Shown: positions 47,949 to 59,674, counted from the first letter of the stretch. The stretch is 64,000 nt of DNA from an uncultured Planctomycetota bacterium (GCA_963737655.1 CAVTTN010000002.1:224001-288000); one strand, 5' to 3'. Notes: generated by a model not told the origin, from the letters alone. A program made the numbers and translations.

Positions 47949-49400
47949 TCAGGCCAGGATCGGCTGGACGACCTGTCCGGCCACGTCGGTCAGCCGATAA
48001 TCGCGGCCGTTGAATCGATACGTCAGCCGGGTGTGGTCGAGGCCCAGGAGGTGAAGCATGGTGGCGTGAAGATCGTTCACGCTGACCCGGCCCTCGATGG
48101 CCTTGTGGCCGAATTCGTCGGTGGCGCCGTGATGGACGCCCCCCTTCACCCCGGCCCCGGCGAGCCAGGTGGTGAAGGCGTGGGGGTTGTGGTCGCGGCC
48201 GGTCCCGCCCTTCTGGACGATCGGCAGCCGGCCGAACTCGCCGTTCCAGACGATCAGGGTCGAGTCGAGCAGGCCGCGCGACTTGAGGTCGGTCAGCAGG
48301 GCGGCGATCGGCCGGTCGGTCTCGGCGGCGAACCCGCCGTGGTTCTTGACGATGTCCTGGTGGCCGTCCCAGGAGCGTTCGTTCTCCATCCCTCCGCTGT
48401 AGATCTGGACGAACCGGACGCCCCGCTCGACCAGCCGCCGGGCCATCAAACACTGCTTGGCATAATGGCCGCATTTCGGGTCGTCGATTCCGTAGAGGGC
48501 CCTGGTCGCGGCGGTCTCCCCGGCGAAGTCGAGCGCCTCGGGCGCGGCCATCTGCATCCGATACGCGAGTTCATACGACTCGATCCGGGCGGCCATCGCG
48601 GCCTCGCCGGGGGATGAGTCTTCGAGGTGGTGCCGGTTCAGCTTGCCGAGCAGGTCGAGCTGCGAGCGTTGTTCGGAATCCGAGAGGCCGCGGGGGCGTT
48701 CGAGGTTGTCGATCGGCGGCCCCTGGCCGTTCAGCGCGGTCCCCTGGAACACGCCCGGCAGGAACCCGGCGCCCCAGTTCTGGGCGTGGCCCTTCGGCAC
48801 GCCTCGGCCCAGGGTGTCGTACATCACGACGAAGGCGGGCAGGTTCTGGTTGTCCGTGCCCAGGCCGTAGGTGACCCACGAGCCGACGCACGGGAAGCCC
48901 ATCCGGCTCATCCCGGTGTTGATCTCGAACAGGGCCGGGGCGTGGTTGTTCGTCTCGGTGAAGCAGCCGTGGAGGAACGCCATTTCGTCCACATGTTTGG
49001 ACATCTCGGGGAAGATCTCCGAGGCCCACGCGCCCGATTGGCCATGCCTCGCGAACTTGAAGGGCGACTTCATCAACGGCCCGACCTGCTCGGTGAAGAA
49101 CCCCGTGTTCTTGTCGAACCCCGGGAGCTCCTGGTCGTGCCGTCGTTCGAGCTCGGGCTTGTAGTCCCACGTATCGACCTGGCTCGGCCCGCCGTTCATG
49201 AACAGCCAGATCACCGACTTCGCCTTCGCCGGGAAGTGCGCGGGGCGGGGCGAGAGCGGGTCCAGGGGCTCGCCCGCGAGCAGCCCGGCGCCGTCGAGCA
49301 GCCCGGCCAGGGCGAGCATGCCCATCCCCGAGCCGGTCCGCCTCAGGAAGTCGCGGCGAGAGGCGAACCGGCGGTGGGCGGAGGCGAAACGATGATCCAT
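47949..49400 (-). CDS. DUF1501 protein (TAT signal)
   Basis: SRRDFL, FMNGGPSQVDTWD, ARRLVERGVRFVQ, GEFGR and GRDHNP. Confidence 0.92.
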   Translation of the reverse strand: MDHRFASAHRRFASRRDFLRRTGSGMGMLALAGLLDGAGLLAGEPLDPLSPRPAHFPAKAKSVIWLFMNGGPSQVDTWDYKPELERRHDQELPGFDKNTGFFTEQVGPLMKSPFKFARHGQSGAWASEIFPEMSKHVDEMAFLHGCFTETNNHAPALFEINTGMSRMGFPCVGSWVTYGLGTDNQNLPAFVVMYDTLGRGVPKGHAQNWGAGFLPGVFQGTALNGQGPPIDNLERPRGLSDSEQRSQLDLLGKLNRHHLEDSSPGEAAMAARIESYELAYRMQMAAPEALDFAGETAATRALYGIDDPKCGHYAKQCLMARRLVERGVRFVQIYSGGMENERSWDGHQDIVKNHGGFAAETDRPIAALLTDLKSRGLLDSTLIVWNGEFGRLPIVQKGGTGRDHNPHAFTTWLAGAGVKGGVHHGATDEFGHKAIEGRVSVNDLHATMLHLLGLDHTRLTYRFNGRDYRLTDVAGQVVQPILA

Positions 49401-49431
49401 CGGCGGGGCCTCGCGACCGGGGATTCACGTC

Positions 49432-52400
49432 TTATTCGACGTACAGGAATTCATTCGACGCCATGAGCACCTGGCAGAGGTCGGCCAGCGATCGGATCTC
49501 CGCGTCCTCCTCGCCCGAGGCGGCCCGGGCCGAGGATTGCGCGCCGAGGAAGCCGATCGCGTCGGCCTTCTCGACCGCGTCGGGCTTCCGGCCGAACGCC
49601 AGGAGGTAGGCGCGGTCTACCTGCCCTCCGCGATCGTCGCCGGCCGTCTTCACCCGGTTGGCGAACGCCTCGGCCCAGTCGCGGACGGCCGGGTTGTTCA
49701 TCAGGTAGAGCGATTGCGGGGCCACGGTGGTGGTCCCTCGCGCCGGGAGTCCGGTCAGGCCGTCGGGGGCGTCGAACAGGATCATCATCGGGATCAGCTT
49801 CGACCGCTTGACCGTGAAATAGACGCTCCGGCGGGTCATCCGCTCGTCCAGGGTGCCGGGGCCGAACATCCGGCCGTCGAGCTTGCCCGAGACGAACAGC
49901 ATCGAGTCGCGGATCGCCTCGGCCTCCAGCCTGGTTTTCGGGTGCCTCCAGACGAGGAGGTCGTCGGGGTCGATCGCGGTCTTCGCCGGGTCGTCGGCCG
50001 ACGACTCCGCGTAGGCCGCGCTCATCACGATGAGTTTATGGATCGGCTTGAGCCGCCAGCCCTCGCGGATCAGCTCGGAGGCGAGCCAGTCGAGCAGCTC
50101 GGGATGGGTCGGCGGGGCGCCCTGGCGGCCGAAATCGCTCGGCGTGGCGACGAGGCCGCGGCCCATGTGGTGCTGCCAGAGCCGATTGACGATCACCCGG
50201 GCGAGCAAGGGGCCGGCGCCCGCCTGGTCGTCGGTGATCCAGCTCGCCAGGGCCGTCCGGCGGTAGGACGTCCGCCAGCCCTTCGGCGGGTCGCTCTTCC
50301 AGTGCGATTCGGCGTCGGGCGTGTTCATCAAGACTTGCAGGTATCCCGGCGCGACTTCCTCGGCCTTCTGGTTCGGGTCCCCCCGGCGGAGCAGGTGGGT
50401 CTTCTCGAGGAAGTCGCCGCCCTGGGTGTGGAGCCGGACGGCGGGCAGGCCCTCGGTCGAGATCAGGGCCTTGACCCCGTTCGGCTTCGGCCGGGCCTTC
50501 TCGTGCTCGTCCAGGGCCTCCTTCAAGCCTCGCCATTCCGGGTCGATCGTCCGGTACCAGGCGAGCAACGCGGAGGCCTGATCGGCGGTCCTCTCGGCCG
50601 GGGGTTTCGCGAGGATCGCCGACAGGTTCGCGGGGATGCCGTCGCGGGTCAGGCCGACGGGCCGGGGGGAATCGGTGGCGCTCAGGCGGAACCGGCCGAA
50701 GTTGTGGCCGGCGTTGTTGCGGAAGTCGAGGGTGAAGGTGAGGGTGCAGCCGCCGTCGGGCCGGACGTCCCCGGCGAGCTCGAAGACCGAAGCATGGTCC
50801 TTGCCGAACTGGGGATCGACGGCCCACCCGCTCGTGGGATTCGCGTCGATCGCCGCCGAGATCGGCAATCCGGGCTGCTCGAAATCGGCCTTCGGGTTGA
50901 TCAGCGGGGCCGGTTCGGTCTTGCCGATCCCGTATCGAGGGCCGATCGTCAGGCGAAGGTCGGTCAGCGCGAAATTGCCGTTCGGGGCGCGGCCGGGGCC
51001 GCCGTGGGGCAGGTCGTGATCGCTCAGGGGCTCGACCCGGATGGCCGTGATCGTGGGCAGATCGCTCGCGGCGGTGAGGGTGTAGGTGTCGAACTGGGCG
51101 TTCGGGCCGCCGACCTTGATCGAGCCGTCGGGCTGCTTCGCGAACGTCGCGCCGCCCGTGGATTCGAGCTTCGAGGGGTCGAGGATCACCCAGCGGGGGC
51201 CGTCGGCCGATTTCGGCCGGTTGGCCTCCCACCGGGCCAGCCGCGAGGGCAATTCGTCCTTCTCGAATCTCTCCAACGCCGCCACATAGGGGGCGTGCTC
51301 GGCCTCGTGCTTCGCGACCGCCTTTCGGAACCCGTCGGGGTCGAGGTTCAGGTCGATCTCGCTGCGGACGGTGGTGGTGAACGTGGACACGAATCGATAA
51401 TAATCCCGGGTCGGGATCGGGTCATATTTGTGATCGTGGCAGCGGGCGCAGCCGATCGTCAGGCCGAGGAAGGCGGTCCCGGTGGTGTTGGCGATGTCGT
51501 CGAGCTCGTCGTACCGCTCCTTCTCCACCTGATTGGCCGTGATCTGCGTGCTGTGGACCCCGGCGGCGAGGAACCCGGTGGCCTTCAGCGCCAGGGGGTC
51601 CTCGGGCGCGATCTCGTCCCCGGCGATCTGGAGGCGGGTGAACCGGTCGAACGGCATGTCCTGGTTGAACGCCTCGATCACGAAATCGCGATACGTGTAG
51701 GCGGATGCGCGGTCATAGTCGTGCTCGAACCCGTGACTCTCGGCGAACCGGGCGAGGTCCAGCCAGTGGCGGGCCCAGCGTTCGCCGAATCGAGGGGACG
51801 CGAGCAGGCGATCGACGACCTTTTCCCGGGCCCCGGGCGACGCATCGGCCTCGAACGCCTCGACTTCCTCGGGGGTCGGCGGCACGCCGGTCAGGTCCAG
51901 TGTCAATCGACGGATCAGGATGCGTTTCTCGGCCGGGGGGTTCGGCTTCAGCCCCTTCGCGACGAGTTTTTCGAGCAAGAAACGGTCGATCGGGTTCCGG
52001 GCCCGGGACCCATCGCCGACGATGGGCGGCTCGACCCGCTTCAACGGCTGGAACGCCCAGTGTTTCTTGCCGGCCTCGATGTCGATCGGCTTGGCAACCT
52101 TCGCCGCCGGTCCGGTGCGGGGGTCGGGCGCCCTCGTTTGACCCAGTCGGTCAGGACGGCGATGGTCTGGTCGGGAAGCTTGCCCCTGGGGGGCATCTGG
52201 ACGGCCGGATCGGCGTAGCGGACGGCCTCGATGAGAAGGCTCGCCTCCGGGTCGCCCGGGACGAGGGCCGGTCCGGTGTCCCCGCCCTTCTTCCAGCCCT
52301 CCCGGGTGTCGAGAAAAAGGTTCCCCCGCAGCTTCTTCGCCCCGGCCGAGTGGCACGAGTAGCAATGCTCGACCAGGATCGGCCGGACCTTCGACTCGAA

Positions 52401-52490
52401 GAACGCGAGGTCTTCCGGCGACGGCTCGGAGGCCCAGGCGCTCGAGGAGAGGGCGAGTGCGAGCACGGCGACGACTCGGAATGCCTTCAT
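49432..52490 (-). CDS. Planctomycete cytochrome c + DUF1549/DUF1553 (PSD1) protein, frameshifted near 52125
   Basis: Signal peptide and FFESKVRPIL..CYSCH in ORF 52041-52490; HWAFQP, GERWARHWLD, CARCHDHKYDP and RVIVNRLW in ORF 49432-52365. Confidence 0.9.
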
Positions 52491-52629
52491 GAGAGCGGAT
52501 TCCAGGTCGGGGGGAGGGCAGGGGCGGGCACGATCCGAGGGCGGGGCATCCGGAAGTATAGCGGACGACCCGGGACGAGGGAAGCGGCTTTCGGATGTCG
52601 TCCGGGACGGGACCTCGCCCCGCTTCGCC

Positions 52630-53199
52630 TCACGAGCCTCCGGCCAGGGATTCCAGGAGCTTCACGGTCTCCGGCCCGTCCCACTCCATGGAGCCTTCTT
52701 CCCGCTTGACGATCCGGCCGTCCGGGGCGATCAGGAAGGTCACGGGGATGGCGTCGCTCTCGTAGACCTTGGGCGGGGGGCCGGCCGCGTGGAGGATGGT
52801 CAGGGGCAGGCCGTGCCTCTCCTGAAACCCCTTCGGCGCGGCGATCCCGCGATCGATCGAGACGCAGAGGAACGCCACGTTCTTCAGCCTGGGGTTCTCG
52901 GCGAGCCGGGCGATCGAGGGGATTTCCTCGAGGCAGGGCGGGCACCACGTCGCCCAGACGTTCAGGAAGATCGGCCGGCCCTTGAACGCGGAGAGATCGA
53001 CGGGCTTGCCGTCCAGGTCGGTGAGCTTCCACGAGTAATCGGCCGGGCGGAGCGAGGGGACTTGCTGCCGGACCTGGCGGAAGATCAGGAACGAGGCGAG
53101 GAAGGCCAGGGCGACGACGAGCAACATCGTCGCCCCGGAGCTCGCGGGGGCCTTCGGGGGAGTCGGAGGCGGAGGCCCTGGGGTCTCGGGCGAGTCCAT
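52630..53199 (-). CDS. TlpA-family thiol-disulfide oxidoreductase
   Basis: TM anchor; LNVWATWCPPC and IPVTFLI. Confidence 0.92.
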   Translation of the reverse strand: MDSPETPGPPPPTPPKAPASSGATMLLVVALAFLASFLIFRQVRQQVPSLRPADYSWKLTDLDGKPVDLSAFKGRPIFLNVWATWCPPCLEEIPSIARLAENPRLKNVAFLCVSIDRGIAAPKGFQERHGLPLTILHAAGPPPKVYESDAIPVTFLIAPDGRIVKREEGSMEWDGPETVKLLESLAGGS

Positions 53200-53200
53200 G

Positions 53201-56200
53201 TCAGTCGCGCTCCCGGGTCCGGGCCACCGGGGCGAGCAGGTTCTCGACCGGCGCGTAATCGTCGCTGAGGATGATCCCCCGGGATCGGATCGCCAGGGAC
53301 TTCATGTCCACCTCGGGGTAGACCTCGGGCGTGACCTGATCGCCGGGTTCGCCGCCCCGACTCCTCCGGAAGAAGTGCGGGTCGTCGATCCTCCGGCCCA
53401 GGTCGTTGAGGTCCAGCGGCTTCTTGGAGGCGACGACCACGAAGGTCTCGCGCTCGCCCTCGCCCGGTTCGCTGGCGGTGCCGAAGACGTAGGTGTGGGC
53501 GAAGCTCTTCTTCGCGGTCTCGACCCACGAGCCGAGGAACGCGCCCACGGCGCGGGCGTCGGCCACGCCGTCGGCGGCGACCTGGGCGAGCCGATCGTAG
53601 TCGCTGGCGAAGGCCAGGTCGGCCTCGGCGGCGACGCGGGCCCAGGCGGCCAGGCGGTCCGGCGGGAGCTTCTTGAGCGAGTCGATCTTGGAGAGCGCCT
53701 GGAGGGAGGTCTCGGCCATCTCCTCGACGGTCCCCCGCTCGGGGATCTTCGCCTCGGCCAGGGCCTTGACCACGGCGGCGCGGATCAGGGCGGGCTGGTT
53801 GGGCGTGCCCTTGGCCGCCGCCTCGCCGGGCTTCTCGGCCTTCTTCGCGGCCTCGCCCGCCTTGCCCTTGGGCGGCTCCTTGGGCCACGGCAGGGCCGCG
53901 TCGGCCGCCTTCCTCGCGACCTTCGAGGTGTCGATCCCCCGCTTCTTGTCGTCCATCGCCAGGACGACCTTCTCGGCCAGCTTGTCCGAGTCCGCCGCCC
54001 CGGCCGCCTTGAGCGCCTTCTCCACCGCCGCGACCTCGGCGTGATAGAGGAACGAGAAGATCGACCGATAGTCCGACTTGTAGATGTCGATGATGTTGAT
54101 CATGTACACCCCGTCCTCGGACAGCATGGCGGCGATCCGGTCGTTGAACTCCTTGGTCGTGAGGTGCCAGGGGACGGAGAAATCATTGAAGGCGTCGCCG
54201 AAGATCAGGTCGTACTTCTCGCCCTTGTAGTGGGTGACGTACTGGCGGGCGTCGCCCCAGGTGGTCTTGATCGTGGTGTTGGCGGGCAGGAAGAGGGCCG
54301 CGTGGTTGGCCTTGGTGACGGCCGGGTCGATCTCGGCGACGTCGGCCGCGGTCTTCGGGTAGACCTCCTGGAGGTAGCGGGGATAGGTGTACGATCCCCC
54401 GCCGAGGAACATCGTCCGCAGCGGGACGTCCTCCGACTTCGCCAGCTTCAGCGTCTTCATCCTCGCCTCGACGACCCGGCGGGTCACCAGGGCGTAGATG
54501 TGCTCGTAGTCGTAATCGAGTTCCTCGGGGTGGTTCTCGATGTAGTAGCCGTGGATCAGGTTGTCCAGGACGAGCGTCCTCTTGCGGTTGCCGTCGTCGC
54601 GGAGCTGGTTCTCGATCTTGATGTAATAATAATTACTTTCGTCGATGTAAGCCTTCTCGGCGCGGGGGTCGTTCGGCTCGCCGGCCTCCTCGCGGAGGCC
54701 CCAGCTCTGCCCCTGGCTCAGGAGGAACTTGCGGGCGTTCTGCGCCGGCTTGAAGGTCCAGGAGGCGGGCAGGAGGGCCGGGGCGAAGGCGATCACGCAG
54801 AGGCCCAGCGGGATGCCGGCCCACGCCGCGTGCCAGATCGACCCCAGGACGGTGGCCGAGATGGCGAGGGTCGTCGCGAGGATCAGGATCAGGCCCTTGG
54901 TCCCGAAGACGTCGATCAGGAAGAAGCCGGCGAGGAACGTGCCGAGGATGCTGCCGACCATCCCCCAGGCGTAGACCTGGCCGATCGCCTGGCCGGTCCC
55001 CTTGGTCCGGGCCCTCACGCGGTCCACCGCGAGCTTGGCGACCACGGGGCCGACCGTCCCCATCGCCAGGCTGGGCAGGAGGAACACCGTCGCCACCCAG
55101 AACAGCACGCGGAACCCCCAGGGGAACCCCGCCATCGTCGAGGCTTCCATCAGGAACGAGTCCCGGTCGTCCTCCCGGAACTTCACCTCCCGGCCGATCA
55201 TCAGCGACTCGATCGGGTTGCGAATCCCCTTGACGACCCAGTGCGGCGGGTATTCGGCCAGGAGGATCATCGCCGTGAGGACCGAGGCGACCAGGAACAG
55301 CCAGCTCGCGTGCTTCTCCTCGCGGACGTGGTTGGCGATCCGCCCGCCCAGCCAGTTCCCCACGCTCAGGCCGCCGAGCAGCACGCAGATCACGCTCGTC
55401 CAGCCATAGATGCTCGAGCCGAGGTGGCGCGTGACGAGCCGGCCGGCGACCATCTCCAGGGACATGAACGTCAAGCTCGCCACGAACGACAGGGCGGCGA
55501 GGTCGCCCAGGCGGACCCGGGCGAACGGGCCGCTCTGCATCTCGGCCTCGGACGGCGGGAGCTCGGCCGCCGGGACCGATTTGAGCCGTCCCACCAGGCT
55601 CGCGGCGATCCCGAAGGTCAGGAGCTGCCCGGCGAGCGTCGCGAAGTTCACCTTGATCTCGGCCACGACGATCCCGGGCCAGTTCTGGAGGCCCAAAATC
55701 GACTCGAGCGACCCGATCGCGAGCAACAGGGCGGCCGCGAACGCCGCCAGGCCCAGGCCGCCTCGCTTGAGGGCGACCATCACGACCGAGACCAGCAAGG
55801 CCACGCCCCACGACCCCAGGGCCATCGCGAAGAGCCAGGTCATCGCGGTCGCCAGCGTCGGGTTGCGGCTCGCCTCGGTCGTCCCCCGGTTCAGGATCAG
55901 GTCGAGCAAGCCGCTGCCCAGCGCCAGGACGGCCAGGCCCAGCCCGACCGAGAGCAGGACCAGGGCGACTCCCCGGCCGGTCAGCCCTTCCTCATCGACG
56001 AGCACCAGGCCCACGATCAGGAGGCCGGCGGCGACGAGGTTGACGATCGTGGAGGTCGGCGCCGCGTAGATCAGCCAGTAGCCGGCCAGGAACGTCCCGG
56101 CGATCGAGCCGACGGCGCCGAGGAAATAGATGTCGCCGATCGCCCCTCCCGCCCGCTTCGCCTGCTCCACCGCCATCTTGGCCATGACCGGCGAGATCAT

Positions 56201-56578
56201 CCCCAGGACCGTCCCGGGGATCAGGAAGTCGAGCGAGACGACCAGGATCGTCCCCACGCCCAGGGGCAGCGAATTCAGCCCGGGGAGGAACCCGACCACC
56301 GTATTCATCCACAGGCAGCCCAGAGTCAGCGCCGATCCCGGCGCATAAAGCGGGGCGATGGCCCGGCTTGGCTCGATCCGGTCGGCCAATCGCCCGCCCA
56401 GGACGTTGCCCAGGCAGATCCCGCCGAGCATGATCCCGATCACGGTCGTCCAGACCGGCAGCGACGCGCCGACATGACGGGCCACGAGCCGGCTCGCCAC
56501 CAGCTCCAGGACCATGATGCAAAGGCTGCTGAAGAACGCCAGAAGATAGGGCACAACGCGGACGGCTCGGCCGTTCAT
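53201..56578 (-). CDS. Fused multi-TM (MFS-like) / spermidine-synthase-like SAM-dependent transferase
   Basis: Two membrane modules (MVLELVASRL...; MSLEMVAGRL...), then LGGGSYT, AEIDPAV, DAR, DLIFGDAF, PWHLTT.EF and LSDDYAPVE. Confidence 0.88.
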   Translation of the reverse strand: MNGRAVRVVPYLLAFFSSLCIMVLELVASRLVARHVGASLPVWTTVIGIMLGGICLGNVLGGRLADRIEPSRAIAPLYAPGSALTLGCLWMNTVVGFLPGLNSLPLGVGTILVVSLDFLIPGTVLGMISPVMAKMAVEQAKRAGGAIGDIYFLGAVGSIAGTFLAGYWLIYAAPTSTIVNLVAAGLLIVGLVLVDEEGLTGRGVALVLLSVGLGLAVLALGSGLLDLILNRGTTEASRNPTLATAMTWLFAMALGSWGVALLVSVVMVALKRGGLGLAAFAAALLLAIGSLESILGLQNWPGIVVAEIKVNFATLAGQLLTFGIAASLVGRLKSVPAAELPPSEAEMQSGPFARVRLGDLAALSFVASLTFMSLEMVAGRLVTRHLGSSIYGWTSVICVLLGGLSVGNWLGGRIANHVREEKHASWLFLVASVLTAMILLAEYPPHWVVKGIRNPIESLMIGREVKFREDDRDSFLMEASTMAGFPWGFRVLFWVATVFLLPSLAMGTVGPVVAKLAVDRVRARTKGTGQAIGQVYAWGMVGSILGTFLAGFFLIDVFGTKGLILILATTLAISATVLGSIWHAAWAGIPLGLCVIAFAPALLPASWTFKPAQNARKFLLSQGQSWGLREEAGEPNDPRAEKAYIDESNYYYIKIENQLRDDGNRKRTLVLDNLIHGYYIENHPEELDYDYEHIYALVTRRVVEARMKTLKLAKSEDVPLRTMFLGGGSYTYPRYLQEVYPKTAADVAEIDPAVTKANHAALFLPANTTIKTTWGDARQYVTHYKGEKYDLIFGDAFNDFSVPWHLTTKEFNDRIAAMLSEDGVYMINIIDIYKSDYRSIFSFLYHAEVAAVEKALKAAGAADSDKLAEKVVLAMDDKKRGIDTSKVARKAADAALPWPKEPPKGKAGEAAKKAEKPGEAAAKGTPNQPALIRAAVVKALAEAKIPERGTVEEMAETSLQALSKIDSLKKLPPDRLAAWARVAAEADLAFASDYDRLAQVAADGVADARAVGAFLGSWVETAKKSFAHTYVFGTASEPGEGERETFVVVASKKPLDLNDLGRRIDDPHFFRRSRGGEPGDQVTPEVYPEVDMKSLAIRSRGIILSDDYAPVENLLAPVARTRERD

Positions 56579-56852
56579 TCGGCAAGCGCTCCCGGATAAA
56601 CTGGGGCTTCGGGGCTGGGAGAAGCGTCTACCCTAGCGTACCCGGATTCCCAGGGCAATCGACCAGCGTCCGGCGAGACGGCCGTTTCCTCCTCGTCCCG
56701 ACCGCGAAACGGGGCACGGCCTCCGCACGAACGACCTTGAGGCCTTCCGCAACGGGCGATAGGATCTCGGCCCGCACACGATCGCACCGACCAGGCTGGC
56801 CTACGCGCGGTTCGGAGGATCGACTCGTCCCGACCCTCGGACACTGGTGAGC

Positions 56853-58786
56853 ATGGACGCTTCCCTTCAACGACGCCCCGCCGCGATCCCTCACCGCGTC
56901 CTCGTTCCGGCGAACGCCGGGCCGGACCCCGGCTCGCGGACCTCGCTCCGGACCTCGCTGGCCCAGGGGATCTGGCTCGGACTCCTCGGGGCGTGGCTGG
57001 AGCTTGGCGTGGTCCTCGGCCATCGGCGGCTGGTGGGCCAGGTCACCGACGTCTCCCGACGGCTCCACTGGTTCCACGTCCCCCTCGGCGTGATCGCCCA
57101 TCTTGCCCTGTTTATCGGATGGTTCGCCCTGGCGGTTTTGATCCGTCGCCGCCAACCGCTCTCGAGCCGGCGGGACCTCGTTTCCACGATCCTTGCGTGG
57201 TATCTCGCGGTCCTTTCGCCGTTGCTGGCGATCGAGGAATTCTACTGGCCCTGCGCCACGTGATGGCCGCGCTGTTCGCCCTGAAGATCGCCCCGGTGTG
57301 GAGGGACCGACGCCCGGCCATCCTCCGACGGACCCTGCCGATCCTGGGAACGGCGTCCGCCTTGCTGGTGATCGGCGGATTCGCCTGGCCCTCGTGGCAG
57401 GAGGCGCGGTCACGGGCCGTTCTGCCTCCGATCCGGGCCGGCGCCCCGAATGTCCTCCTGATCGTCCTGGACACCGTCCGCGCCGACCATTTGAGCCTCT
57501 ACGGCTACCACCGAGACACCTCGCCCCGGCTCCGAACCCTGGCCGATCGGGCGATCACGTTCGATTTCGCCCGCGCCTCGGCCCCCTGGACCCTGCCGTC
57601 ACATGCCACGATGTTCACCGGCCGCTGGCCTCACGAGCTTTCCGTCGACACCGATCGCCCGCTCGACGCCACCCATCCCACCCTCGCCGAACACCTCGCC
57701 CGCCACGGCTACCTGACCGGCGGCTTCTCCGCCAATACCTATTACACCAACGCCTGGCACGCCATCGACCGAGGTTTCGCCCACTACGAGGATTCCGTCG
57801 AGAACCGGACGTTCTCGGTCCAGGAAACCCTGAGGACCGCGGCGGTTTTCCGCCGCCTGATGCCCTTCGCCGTCCGCCTCCATCTCTGGAAGACCCGGGG
57901 CGACACCTCAAGGCGGATTCCCGCGTCCGAAATCCGCCAGAACACGCTCGCCTGGCTCGATGCCCAGCCGGCCGACCGGCCGTTCTTCCTGTTCCTGAAC
58001 TTCTTCGACGCCCACGACCTCTATGAAATCCCCCAGGGGTTCCAACCCCGGTTTTCGACGGCCGATCGGGCAACCGTCGAGCAAGCCAACCGCGTCTATT
58101 TCAAGAACATGAAGCCCGGGGGCGACAAAACGCTCGCGGCCGAGGCCGGCAAGCTGCTGATCGACGTCTATGACGATTGCATCGCGTCCATGGATGAGCA
58201 AGTCGGCCGGCTTCTGGACGACCTCGACCGTCGCGGCCGGCTCCGCGACACCTGGGTGATCGTCACGGCCGATCACGGCGAGTTCTTCGGCGAAAAAGGG
58301 CGATTCGGCCACGGATCGGGCCTCGATCGCGGAGTGATCGACGTCCCCCTCCTGATCGTCCCGCCCCGAGGAGGCTCAGGATCGCATCGAATCGCCGCCC
58401 CAGTCAGCCTCCGAGACCTCCCGGCCACGATCGCCGACGTGACCGGACTCGCCAACGACTCACCCTTTCCGGGCCGATCGCTCCGCCGAGCCTGGCACCC
58501 CTCCCCGGGAACCAGCCTCGACGACGTTCCGCTCTCGGAATTCAAGGCATTCGAGGGGCCCATCCCCAGGAGCGAGAAGAACCCGGCCGATCGGTTCGAC
58601 GCGGTGATCGTCTCGGGCGATCGCATCTACCACAAAAACCGGACCCGGCCCGACGAACTGTTCGACATCCACGACCGAGACGAGGCCCTCAATCTCGCCC
58701 CCCGGCCCGACTCCAGGGCGACCCTGGATCGGCTCGGCAAGTTGCTCCAAAACCTGTCGCGAAACGCCTCGATCGAGCCTCGATGA
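56853..58786 (+). CDS. Membrane-anchored sulfatase-like hydrolase/transferase, frameshifted near 57260
   Basis: N-terminal TMs; PNVLLIVLDTVRADH, WTLPSHATMFTG, FFLFLNFFDAH, TADHGE and VPLLI. Confidence 0.85.
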
Positions 58787-59564
58787 CCGAACCCCCAACC
58801 GATCCCCCGCCCCAGGGTGACACTCGGGCCATCGACAAGTGCCGGCGCCATCCAGACAAATTTACATGATCGCCCGGAATCGAAACGTCCGCACGCCTCG
58901 CCATCCCTCGCCCGACAACGCAACGACCCACTCCCGGACCCCAGGTCCATGCCCCGACCCAACCCAATAGCCCCCCTCACGGCCCACCTCCGAATCTCGG
59001 AAATCGAAGCCCCAACGACGCCACCCGCACGTACCAAACCATCGAAAGCCACCCCCACCCCCGATCACCCAATCCCCGAGGACGCCCCTCCCCAACGGCC
59101 CCTCGAACGCTCCCCGGACAATCCGCCACTCCCGACGAAAACACGGCGGCGAAGCTCCAAAACCCGATCGGCGCAAGCCGTTCCAGGCTCAACCTTTGCT
59201 CGTCAAATCTCAACTAATTCAAAAATCAACAAACATGGCCTGGCACAAGTGACTGCGCGCTAGAAATCCCTGCAAAAACCGCCCTCCGGCGCGTTTTTCG
59301 GGAAAAAGTGTAGTCAACTTCCGCGAAATTCTCGATCGCACATCTCCATGAGGAATAAAATTTGAGCAATCAAACGAATCAATCAGATTCCGACCCAAAA
59401 ATCCAAAACACCGGCAATCCCCAGCGCGCCAACCGCCCGCAAACCCCACCCCACCCGACTCTCTCCAGCCAATCCCCCGAAAACCCCAGACCACCCAGTC
59501 TCGCAGCACCAGTGACCATTCAGAGAGTCATCGTCGGGGATTGAGGCTCATGTGGCATGCTTGC

Positions 59565-59628
59565 GGTGCATGGCACTGGTGAGCATTTCTGGGTGCCACT
59601 GGTCGTACTCGACCAGTGCCATGCGCCG
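59565..59628. repeat. REP-like palindrome
   Basis: GCATGGCACTGGT (59568-59580) / ACCAGTGCCATGC (59612-59624), with nested hairpin CACTGGTCG-TACT-CGACCAGTG. Confidence 0.6.
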
Positions 59629-59674
59629 TCGTTGCAATCGGCGAAGCAACGAGGAGAGAATCCCGAAAAAATCC

